A stretch of 64,000 nt of DNA from Hormiphora californensis (Eukaryota; Animalia; Ctenophora). Below the pieces are notes generated by a model. The model ran no database searches. It had not been told where the DNA came from and saw nothing but the letters and a program-made list of their open reading frames with translations. The translations under genes were made by a program, and so were the position numbers. The DNA is taken from NCBI GenBank assembly GCA_020137815.1, contig CM035354.1:4340001-4404000 (forward strand). Reading direction: 5' to 3'. Shown piece by piece: positions 13,687 to 26,281 of this stretch (the first letter of the stretch is position 1; every line of letters begins with the position of its first letter).

Positions 13687-14883
13687 TCACCCGTAGTGTT
13701 CCGAAAAGAAGGGACAAGTTTTGGTGGGTGTGTAATCCCTCAACAACCTCCCAACAAAGGCAGCTGCAGTCTTTAAACACCTCTGTAACACGTGAATTCC
13801 ATTGTGACTGAGGAGAAGAATCTCAAAAAGTCCATCACTAGTGACGTCACTATAACAGATACTAAACAGGGGGACTGTTGTAGTTCCTGATATATCTCAG
13901 CACTGGTTTAGGGTGTACCGTCCTTTAGAAATGTGATCTTGTACACCAACAACATACCCCCATACGTTACCCACCAGGATCTCATGTTGCCGATCATAAT
14001 CAATATCCATCAACTGGCAGGCATGTTGGTGAGTCGTACATGTGGGCATCAGGGTAGGGGGACAAACCGAGATAAATTCTGTTTTTCTCTCAGATGTGTG
14101 AATAGGACCACTTGCTCAACTGCACACGCGGCAACAAGACACAACACCCCCTGGAGAGATACAAACCGGATATCCGCAATGGGACCCTCCCACTCATAAC
14201 AATCTCTCCACAGCACCCTCCACTCTTTATCCGACGCAGTAACGTGTACACTCCCGTCCACTGTTCCACACGCCACATACCTAACTCCCCCACCCACCCA
14301 GACATCAACTGTTATAATGTACAGACCATCTTGTGCCTTCTCACTCAGTAGTTCACCCCGATTACAGGGCACACCAAGGGACCTGGTGGTGGTGTCCCTG
14401 TGTAGTCCTCCCTCCCCCTGGTACACAAACACAGCAGTACAGGGCTCCAGGTAGAACGTCAGGAAAACAACACATGATCCATCTATATCGGTAAACACGT
14501 GTAGAAGATTTGGTTTACTGTGCAGGACTTCCTCTTGTTTAGCCTCTATCTTCAGAGTTTCCAAATCGAGGGAGAAAATCGCCAGAACGTATTTTGATGA
14601 GGTATAATATACACAAGATATGGTGAATGAATGTATCACCGTCCCTGGAGAGGGCGTGGAGCAACACAATTTCAGTAAAGAGCAGGTTTAGATAGTTTTG
14701 GTTTAAAGCATGGTCTCCGTTTTAACTCGCCCCCTTCCCAGCGAATGTGAAACACTGAATCTGAATCTGACATAGGTACAAAACGTTCTCGCCTGAGGCA
14801 GACATACAGAGGAGGTTGTGTTCGAATGTGTCAGAGACACCCTTCAGCTCCTCAAAGTGCATTTCGTAGAATCGTAAATCCAT
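13687..14883 (-). CDS. KPTN: Kaptin (KICSTOR subunit), essentially intronless, with frameshifts
   Basis: DSPTCL..DIDYDRQHEILVG.YGGMLLVYK and SPLFSICYSDVTSDGLFEILLLSHNGIHVLQ resemble the KPTN C-terminal repeats; also GPIADIRF. Confidence 0.75.
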
Positions 14884-15325
14884 GGCCCTAGATAATAGAT
14901 CTTGTTAGGTTATTTGGGAACTCGGGAATTATATAACTGGGCTGACTGCTTTTTAAATGTAACTCAAGTAGGGGTAGAGGTGTCGAAAAAGTAGACGTAT
15001 CATTTGAACCAGGTTTAACAATTCATACTGAATTAACATCACATAGAACAGAAATACTAACAACACACTCATCTCACACAGTCCAACCACATAGACACAT
15101 GCACTGAAAAACTAGGCACATGTAACTGAATTGTTTTCACATTATCATGATAGAAGGTTCAAATAGCCAATCGAGTTCTGAGTTCAAATAACAATATATG
15201 TAGTAGGATATCAAGTAATGCATGCAGTCTATACCAGACAGGTATCTTCAAAGCTTGAAGTAGAAATTAGAATAGAAGGGGGTTTTAGGCCAAAGAAAAT
15301 AACTGAATAATCAAACACGCAGAGT

Positions 15326-16783
15326 CTATACATCCTGTAAAACCTTGGACACGTTCAGGGGCTGCTTGTTTTTGAAGTACCCAAACACAGCAAGTTGAAT
15401 GAATCCAAGGAATGTTCCAATAATGTTGGGAAACTGAAGAATTATTTGTTTAGTTTTAGTTAATATTAATAGATTCAGCGCAGTTCAACACGACCTACGG
15501 TTGCCATAATGTCGACCCAGTTCGGAGAGGCAGTCTTTTGTGAGACAAACCAACAGGCCAAAATCTAAACTGATCAAGCAATAAAATGTCAATACCAGGT
15601 ATACTAACCATTACATATATGTCCCCTATCAGGACGCCATACCACCACCAAAGAAGACACTGGACACACACCATGAATGAAAGGAGAAATGACATGCTCT
15701 CTGTGCTGCCCGTCTCAATAACCACTCTCTGGGGTGGGTTATCAGTGGGTTAACAGTTAGTAACTGGGCTTACATGGATAATCTATGAGCTGCTAATAGC
15801 AAAGCAGGACGGCTAGGATAAATCCAGTGCCGGGGGTGCTGATATCCCTTTCAATAACGTTCAGCCACGGTCCTTCCGGTACAGATTTTCTCTGCAGCGT
15901 AGCCAAGCGCCACCCCACAACATACGCACTCGTGTTGCTTTCGGGTCTCTCAAGAGAGCCCCTACCAATCATAGCTTGGTGGACTAGACGACATGCGCTA
16001 GATCAGGATCGAACCCTGGACCTAATGCATGGGAGGCGAGTGTACTGGCCACTATACCACCCTGCCGTCAAAATAACTTAATAGAAATAGATAATAGATA
16101 ATCTAGAAAATAGATTGAAGTTCAAAACCTCCTTACCAGCTGGGCAAGGGGCGATGCAAACATGGCAATAGCCAGAACATTGCCAAATAGGCCAAAGAAC
16201 TCGATGGCCTGATCTTGGTTGGCATGGTAAATATTGCTATACATGTGAACCAAAAACAGCACACCAATAAATCCACCAACTGTCTTGTACACAACTTTCT
16301 GGAACGGAAATGAGTTGTAACAATGTTATAAATCAATAAATCGTAGCACTTTAAATTATATCTCTACATGATAAGAGGAAACTGTAATCTAATTGTTGGT
16401 CTGCTTCTCTGTTACCTTGTTTGGTGTGTACCAATAGTACAGGAGAATGTAGGCACAATTTAGGACACACCCGATAAAGTTTACAAACAAAATTGTCCCG
16501 TCCCCCTTCATCAGGCCGTAATTTGTCCAAACAAAAGCACTGGTAGCCATTGTAACGAATGGTAAGATTGGAATGTTTCCTGTTCCCTGTTTCTTGATCT
16601 TTTGGACAGTTTGGCTGAAAGAAGTTTGTGGTTTTGTGGTTTGATTTTAGTGCTACAATTCAGACAAAAGCCCGGCACTATGACTAGCACACTGCTGACG
16701 TTCATTACTTACAATCCCGAAGAAAACATCCCCAGGGTAAAGATGGTGGCCAACTTGGAAACCATGAATTCCAAGAACGCCAT
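15326..16783 (-). CDS. SLC50A1: SWEET sugar transporter (SLC50A1-like)
   Basis: MAFLEFMVSKLATIFTLGMFSSGL; AMFASPL; VIETGSTESMSFLLSFMVCVQCLLWWWYG; PNIIGTFLGFIQL (MtN3/saliva repeats). Confidence 0.88.
15810..16066 (-). mobile_element. tRNA-derived SINE in a SWEET intron
   Basis: Minus strand GGCAGGGTGGTATAGTGGCC (box A)..CTCCCA..GGTTCGATCC (box B), no acceptor-stem 3' half, followed by a non-tRNA body; 3' end uncertain. Confidence 0.65.
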
Positions 16784-17275
16784 ATTGGTTCGCACTTCTA
16801 ACGGAAAGACACAATGCATTTGAAAATACTTAAGAAAATTCAAAGAATGCCTTTCAATGTTAACAAAGATAGTATCATCATAACTGGCTGTTCCTCTTGA
16901 GTAACAATCACCGAATACAATTTGGTGGTGAGTCCAAATTGCGAAAAATCACTATGAGAATACCACATACATATTTAGAAAGCTCAATTTAGCTAATCAC
17001 CGGCGGGGTATGGGGCTGAGGTACTGGCATTGCTTGCTCAATGTGTGTGTATTCTCATTAACTTCCGGTGACGGCCCAGTGCTCCCAATCACTGGGCCGT
17101 CCCATTATTACCCAGCCGGTCGGCGAGAGTCGACATTTATTTTCTTGGTAGGTTGTGTACAAATAAGTAATAAAAACCTTGACGGCCGCTGCAGGCCCCC
17201 CTAAAGGCCCCCCTAAAGGGCCTGCAACAGCCAGCACATGCCAAATACAACCTAGCAAGAAAGGGAAAACGTTAA

Positions 17276-17524
17276 AATCTGGGTGCCTTTCATTGCTAAC
17301 AATTCGTAGTTTTGGCGCGCGCGACGGGTTAGGGCTATCCGTTAGGGTCTGGTTAGGGTTTGGTTTGGGGTTATCGGTTAGGGCTATCGATTCTCTAACT
17401 GATACCGTTTAGTTTACTCAAATCGGCCATGTGGTTCCATGGCTATAGCCGTTTGAAAAAAGTCGGTCTAAGTATACTCTTTTGGTAGCGCGCACCTGTA
17501 AACAGGCTGCAAGGCACCCAGATT
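17276..17524. mobile_element. MITE with 14-bp TIRs and internal TTAGGG-like repeats
   Basis: AATCTGGGTGCCTT (17276-17289) / AAGGCACCCAGATT (17511-17524); degenerate GGTTAGGG array at 17326-17385; related left end at 39683. Confidence 0.7.
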
Positions 17525-18745
17525 ATAATCGCGCCCGCAAGAAAGCCACAAAAAAATAACGAAAAAACGTAATTTTGAAATTTAAAAAAGCTTCAACCGA
17601 TTTTTACGAATGGACTTTGCATTGGTACGTAACGCGCTGCTATAGTTCAAAAATGCGCTGCTTCGTGTGCGCGGCGCGGGTGGTGTGTTGTCAAACTTTA
17701 AAAATAAAAACTGAAACCAAATTTTTGAAGCCGCAGTGTCCAGAAACAAGACGTAGAATATATACCGAATCCTGAGACTGAGAAAGCCACAGCCCTCAGC
17801 ATCAAAACTGGCAAAGCTAATTATCACAAGGAATGCAGGGAAAAAATCGTTCAGTCAATCAAGCCAAGAGAGGCGAGGAACCTTGATCTACTCAGCGAGA
17901 AAGGGGCATCAACATGGCTCACTTGTCTACCCCTAGAGTCATTGAAGCTCACACTCAATCGCCAAGAGTTCTTTGATTCAATCTCAGCACGATACGATCT
18001 CCCACTAGTGGGACAGCCGAGAGCAACACAGTGCGTTTGTGGGGAGGAAAACAGCATCGATCACTCCATGTCATGCAAACGCGGGGGATTTGTTGCGGTC
18101 AGACACGATTGCGTTCGAGACTTTCTAACTGCGGAGCTGGACAAAGTGTGCTACGACACTAAGGCTGAACCCCACCTACTGGAAGTTAGAGGAGCAAAAC
18201 TACCACCTGGGACCATTACAGAGGATGGAGCTCGCCTTGACATTCGAACGAGGGGATTCTGGGGTCCAATGGACTGCACCTATTTTGACGTAAGGGTTTT
18301 TAACCCAAGGGCACAGTCTAATGAGACTCAGGATATCCCTCAAACGTATATCAAGCACGAGGAAGGGAAGAAGAAGAACTATCTACATCGCATTCTCGAG
18401 GTGGAAAAAGCTTCTTTTACTCCCCTCGTTATGTCAACGACCGGTGGACTTGGTCAAGAGTTCAGCAGAACTCTGAAGCAACTCGCAACCAAGAAATCGC
18501 GGAAAACTGGCTATACCTACCAGGAGTGTATTCGATACCTCCGTGTTCGTCTATCATTTTCAATGGTTCGCTCCATAATCATCATCATCATCAATTAACA
18601 TTTAATATACCGCTTTATAGCATATTGGTAAGATATCACTTAAAAAAGAAAACACTTAACGGATACCTTCCTGCTTTCAAAAGCGGTTTTACTCTATTTG
18701 ATCAATAAATTAGAGTCCATGAGCTAGTAGTGTTTATACAAATGT

Positions 18746-19738
18746 TCAAGTGTCCCTTGGTGCTTCTAACACCCTCTTTCCACGGATTATGAAGTGGGTT
18801 CCAGGGGACTGCTTTACCTTCTCCTTCAGTTCAACAACAAGCTTCTTCCGTTCTTTCCGTTCTTCTACTGTTCTATCAGGAGATATAAAGACTTTGCCAA
18901 ACTTGTCGTTCCCTTTCAGCAGGGATTTCTTCGACAGGATTGAAATTTGAGCGTCTCTGCTCCTCAGTACGACTTTCACAGGTCTTGCAGATGAAGACTG
19001 CTTTCCCAAGCGCTCGGCAGATTGCACTTTCGGAGCCTCTTCAAGCTCACCAAAAAGAGACTTAATTTGAGTTTCAAGCTTCTCACCGTGTACATTGTCT
19101 TTCAACTCTTCCAATCCATGGATGATGATGTTACACCCACGGTCCTCCGATGCTGCCACGATTGCCGATTGAATCTTCTTTGGAGCCAGGGCCGAGGCAC
19201 ACTCCTTCTCCAAGACAGCTGCAAAGCTCTTCATTTCGTGTTGTGCTGTTGACTGCACAGCTGTTATCTCAACCTCCCTCTTCTCAAGTAATTGCCTCTG
19301 GATTTTCAGGAGCTCCTCTTGTGCAGCCACTAGATTTCTTTGGGTTTTTATGAGCTCTGTACTGTGTATTTTGAGCTCTTTCTCCAGCTGGTTTATCCTC
19401 AAGGTTTCGCAACCCACTGCTAACAACTCTTCAGTAACTGGGAAGGTCTGTTCCATAAGAATACGGCATGCATCCTCCACAAGGTCTAAAAGCACTGGCT
19501 TGGTCAGTGCATTGAGTTTGGTTCTGGAGGGGACCTTCAGATCATTCCAAACTTCCGCTGTCTGTGGTCCGTACTGCTGCACTTTGTTCGGGTTTATTTC
19601 ACCGAACCCACCGGTTAGGGTTAATACCTCGCTTACCCACTCCACGGTTTGTTCTTGACAGTATCGGACGTGTTCTTCTTCCACATCTGTTTCCCGCAGG
19701 TAGGTCCGTGTATCTAGTTCATCATCAGAGCTTTCCAT
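18746..19738 (-). CDS. LINE ORF1p-like protein (coiled coil + RRM + CTD; CR1/L2/L1-type)
   Basis: Intact 330 aa: heptad region, then RGCNIIIHGLEE, AERLGK..ARPVKVVL, KVFISPDRTVEERKERKKL. Confidence 0.85.
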   Translation of the reverse strand: MESSDDELDTRTYLRETDVEEEHVRYCQEQTVEWVSEVLTLTGGFGEINPNKVQQYGPQTAEVWNDLKVPSRTKLNALTKPVLLDLVEDACRILMEQTFPVTEELLAVGCETLRINQLEKELKIHSTELIKTQRNLVAAQEELLKIQRQLLEKREVEITAVQSTAQHEMKSFAAVLEKECASALAPKKIQSAIVAASEDRGCNIIIHGLEELKDNVHGEKLETQIKSLFGELEEAPKVQSAERLGKQSSSARPVKVVLRSRDAQISILSKKSLLKGNDKFGKVFISPDRTVEERKERKKLVVELKEKVKQSPGTHFIIRGKRVLEAPRDT

Positions 19739-19782
19739 CTTCTTGCTGCCCTCTTGGGCTCTTACATAGACATTTGCTGAAA

Positions 19783-19823
19783 CTCAAATTAATTTGTTTA
19801 AAGTAGTGTTGAAAAGTTTGAAA
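19783..19823 (-). other. Retroposed spliced-leader exon sequence
   Basis: Minus strand TTTCAAACTTTTCAACACTACTTTAAACAAATTAATTTGAG matches the ctenophore SL as recalled; not followed by a GT donor. Confidence 0.85.
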
Positions 19824-20095
19824 ATAATAACTTGTTCTATTCGGGGTTACAGAGGAAGGAACAAGAATGATGGCTCTTCATCAGATCTGTACCATACATA
19901 CTAGTCTTTAACTGTTGCATGTATTTTATGTGATTTTCTTCGTGTAGCCAGTCAGGCAAAAACAATTTATATATACTATTATTGACATTGTTAGGCCAGA
20001 TGCATGTGGCTTCTTTATTGTGAATTTTTGAAGCCGCAGTGTTTGTTGGCATGCGCTGCAGACCCCAAGTGCGCGCGTTTTCCACGGCTTCTAGC

Positions 20096-21809
20096 ATGAG
20101 GCCCCTCGGAAATGTTCAAGTCATGCACATCTTTTGGACCCAGTTTTGGGTACTTTGTCAACCCTTCCAAAAGTGTACTGATAGTAAAACCCCAGTTCCT
20201 GGAGACAGCTAAGAGCATGTTCGGAGATACAGGGATGCAAATAACAGCAGATGGGGCAAGACATTTGGGAGCAACCATTGGTTCAGAACGTTTCAAAAAC
20301 TCGTTTGTCTCCAAAGCAGTGTCCACCTGGCGTGAAGAGCTCAAGAACTTAGTAGTTATTGCGAAGACCAATCCCCACCTTGCATACAGTAACTTTACGA
20401 GAAGTTTCAAGTTCAAGTGGGGCTTCATGCAGAGGACCATACCAGATGTAGCAGACCTCTTTCAGCCGCTAGAGGATCTCATTCGATCCGAACTGATCCC
20501 CTGTTTTGCTGGTAGACAGGTGTCTGATTTGGAGCGAGAAATGTTTGCACTTTCGACTAATCTAGGCGGAATGGGGATTGACAATCCTGTGCTCACTAGT
20601 GACAGGGCCTTTGCCAACTCATGTTCGTTAACCAAGCCACTGGTTGATGCTATTCTTGTATCACATGAGATTGACATGGACATGTCCAAAGTTGAGAAAC
20701 TGGCTAGGGATGCTCGTGTTGAGATTGCTAAATCAAACGAGGGCCACAACTCTGAATCTCTTAAGAAGTTGCTGACCAGGATATCATGCCCGAAACTAGT
20801 GAGATGTCTTGACCTTGCAGGAGAATCTGGTGCATCAGGATGGCTTACGACCAGGCCTTACCCCCATTTGGGCTTTGAGCTTAACCAATTAGAATTTGTT
20901 GACTCAATAGCTCTGCGGTATGGATTTGAAGCGAAAGATCTAGGCTCAACATGTGCTTGTGGTAAGCCTAACGATACCGATCACACCTTGTCATGTGCTA
21001 AGGGCGGTTATACAATACTCAGACACGATAATATCAGAGACCTTATGGCTGAGATTTGTTCATATGCCGGCCTCAAAGCTGTTGAAACCGAAAAGCTTCT
21101 GCAACCGTGTCCAGATGGTATCCAGTTTCACCCATCGGCAAACACGGCTCCTGACGCACGAATGGATGTGGTCGCACTAGACCTGTGGCGTAAATCGCAA
21201 CTTGCCCACATGGATGTGAGTCTTTCATGCCAATGCGCCGTCCCATATCAACACGCCCATTGATCAACTCTACCGAAGGAATGAGTCAAGCAAAAAGCAA
21301 TCATACGGTAAACGGGTTCGAGAAGTTGAAGGAGGGACATTTTCTCCATTGGTCATGAACACAGCGGGTGGGATAGCTAATGAGTTTCACAAAGTCCTGA
21401 AGACACTCTCATCCCGAATCTCAACAAGAACAGGAGAACCATACGCTGAGGTCATGGCTCACCTCAGAACGAGGTTACGGTTCTCACTACTGAGGACATG
21501 CCTCATAGCCTTGAGAGGAAATCGGAGGAAGATCGCCATCGCCAACCTAGCTTGCACTGAGCTTGTTACGTGAAGAAAATATGAAGAGGATTTAAGAAGA
21601 ATTATCAAGACCATGAATTAATTTATTATATACTTTTTTGCACTTTTTTGCCGTCACTTTCCCGATACGACACTTTTTTTAGTCATGCACAATCAAGTCA
21701 CGCCCACCAATCACAGCTCAGAACGCGCGAAGCACTCCGCGCGTTCTGAGCTGTGATTGGTGGGCGTGACTTGATTGTGCATGACTTGAACATTTCCGAG
21801 GGGCCTCAT
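20096..21809. mobile_element. 152-bp perfect palindromic MITE-like element split by CRE copy 2
   Basis: Joining 20096-20129 to 21692-21809 gives two perfect 72-bp arms (ATGAGGCCCCTCGG..) around the 8-nt loop AAGCACTC. Confidence 0.88.
20130..21680 (+). mobile_element. 5'-truncated CRE-clade retrotransposon, copy 2 (RT C-terminus, zinc knuckle, RLE)
   Basis: GYFVNPSKS, RHLGATIG, GGMGI, GASGWL, CACG..DHTLSCAKGG, RHD, RMDV; frameshift near 21220; T-rich 3' end; 11-bp TSD AGTCATGCACA at 20119-20129 and 21681-21691. Confidence 0.9.
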
Positions 21810-21837
21810 AGGCCAACAGTGTTTGCTAACTTCGAAC

Positions 21838-22253
21838 AGGTCGAGAAGGCAACCTTCACACCTCTAGTCTTCTCAACAACTGGGGTTATGGGCCCCCAAG
21901 CGGAGGTGTTCTACAAGAAGGTTGCTAAACTTCTATCAGACAAAACGGGGCACACTTACAACGATGCTATCCGGTACATTCGTCTCCGTCTGTCTTTCTC
22001 GCTGTTGAAGACCATTCTCATCGCCATCAGGGGGTACAGGGGCAATAAATGGACACACTTTTGTAGCAAAACAAACGATTTTCACCTTATTATCTGATTT
22101 ATTTATACTTAACTTATTACACCCGTAAGAGTAAATTTTATTTTTATACCTATTCATGTAAATAATATTGTACTGACATATTTTCTATTTGAACCGGTAC
22201 CCCGGCCTTCGCAACCGCCGTCCGTCACCCCTGAGGTCCCTAGTTGATTGTGT
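21838..22253 (+). mobile_element. Short 3' fragment of a CRE-clade retrotransposon, copy 3
   Basis: VEKATFTPLVFSTTG..IRLRLSFSLLKTILIAIRGYRG; 9-bp TSD ACTTCGAAC at 21829-21837 and 22254-22262. Confidence 0.8.
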
Positions 22254-23409
22254 ACTTCGAACTTCTCTCCATTTACACCGTCGTGTAGGGCTCTACGTTA
22301 TCCCGCACTGTCCACTCGGACCGTAGCATATGCCAAATAATCGTCTCTGCGTGAAGAAATCGTGGAACACTTGAAATTTTTCCTTTTAGAATTCGACAGC
22401 CCGTCAGTCATTGATACGGGTTCAAGAAAAGCAAGTGAACTCGACTTTGCAGTTTAACAAATGACATCAATTTATTACTTAACGCTCACATACACTTTAG
22501 ATATATTCTCATTTCTCAAATTAACTTGCCAGTTTAAAAAAGAGAATAGCCTCAAGAGAATGGTCCCTATGAGAATGACCCCTAATAACGACCCCAAGTT
22601 TTAACGATAAACCTTTTACGATAAACCTTGAAGTCTGTAGCATATGTCAAACAGTTACCTGGATGTTGGGCGTTTTCCTTGGCGCCTGGCGGGGTCAGTA
22701 ACTAACCATCTGAGTGCACAAATTTCAAGCCATTAATTTGAAATTCAGAAATGCTCCTTTCATTCTGTCCAGTAATATATTTCACACCATCCAAGTATCC
22801 TAAAAACTGACTTCGTCTGGCTATCAATTATTTCATTGCCTGCCCGAACATGATCCAAGCTTAATGATGTCTTTGACAGCTATTAGTCGCATTCCACTTA
22901 AAATTCTTTTATGAGCCTCTGATCATGTGATCTAGTAAGTAGTTGATGAGCCATTACTCAATTAACGATCTATGTTAAACGACCACATTTCTCTTTGCAC
23001 TACTTAGCACTGGCTACTACTTAGCACTGGCTACTACTCGGATATCCGATGAGTTATGAGAGAGTGGGTCTTGCTTCTTATCAATGATGTCAGCCACCAT
23101 TACGCAAGCCAACTCACTATTTTTGCGGATCTGCACACGACGATTTAAATTGAGGGGTGCTTGTTTACACGCCTACACATTGTTGCGTGGGTGTCTTCCC
23201 CCCACACCTCTCACCGTGTGTACAAAACCGCCATCCAACTTTATAAATCTTAGTAATGTACGGAACTACCAGTGTGTTTTTTATATCTGGTTTTTTCATC
23301 CATTATTGGATTAGCTAGTCATTGTTTTTTCTTAGTTCAATTCTTCCTGCCCCTTATTACTTCTGATACACTAACTGAATACCCGTCTGTAGCTATAAAA
23401 CACTGAGAT

Positions 23410-25750
<2,341 letters not shown>

Positions 25751-26281
25751 TGATTGTGTGTGTGTTAGTGTGAGCGCGGTGAGAGATTATTAATTAATTA
25801 GTTTTAATTAATTATCGAACTCACCTGCAGCTCCATTGAAGCTGTACCTTGTTTTTCTGAACTTGTTTGTCTGTGTCCCCAGAGTGAGAGAGAGAGTGTG
25901 TGTAAGACTGAGTGAGAGAGTGAGCTGATATATATTTATGTGCGTTTATGTGAGAAAAGATGGAGAGCTGTGTGTGGTTGCAAAACATGATATAATTTAT
26001 TTTCCAAATTTATTATGTTTATCTCAGTGTTTTAAAGAAAAGCTCGAATTCTCTTTTATTTTCTGACAGAATTTATATGACTTGTTTCATTTTGTAACCA
26101 AGGGAGATTACTATGGGAAATTGGTAGAAAGACGCAGTGACGTTACCCAGCAGCCGAAATTAGTAGAACTGGGAACCGATAGAAATGTTGAAGAGATGAT
26201 TAACAGAGAAATGATTTGTCACCTTCCCTCTGTAGCACAATGAATGGTGATATACCCAGCAATCAGAACACTGACACGCCC

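Larger units (their letters stand above)
18580..19823 (-). mobile_element. SL-headed, ORF1-only non-autonomous retroelement
   Basis: SL at the 5' end, one 330-aa ORF, (GAT)n 3' tail, ATAA(T) TSD at 18575-18579 and 19824-19830, and it splits the CRE ORF. Confidence 0.85.
17740..20022 (+). mobile_element. 5'-truncated CRE-clade non-LTR retrotransposon, copy 1 (interrupted at 18580-19823)
   Basis: Reading frame open from about 17741: GASTWL, CVCG..DHSMSCKRGG zinc knuckle, RHD, RLDI..FDVRV..EEGKKKNY (restriction-like endonuclease, RLE), FTPLVMSTTGG; resumes as ITCSIRGYRG after the insert; 20-bp TSD AATTTTTGAAGCCGCAGTGT at 17720-17739 and 20023-20042. Confidence 0.9.

Noticed and set aside
16000-16066. 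Functional tRNA-Gly
   Set aside because: Boxes A and B are present but there is no pairing acceptor stem; treated as a SINE head
17326-17385. Telomere or interstitial telomeric array
   Set aside because: Short, degenerate and enclosed by MITE TIRs
19783-19823. SL RNA gene
   Set aside because: The SL is followed by TTTCAG and an ORF, not by a GT donor and Sm-site intron, and it lies inside a TSD-flanked insert
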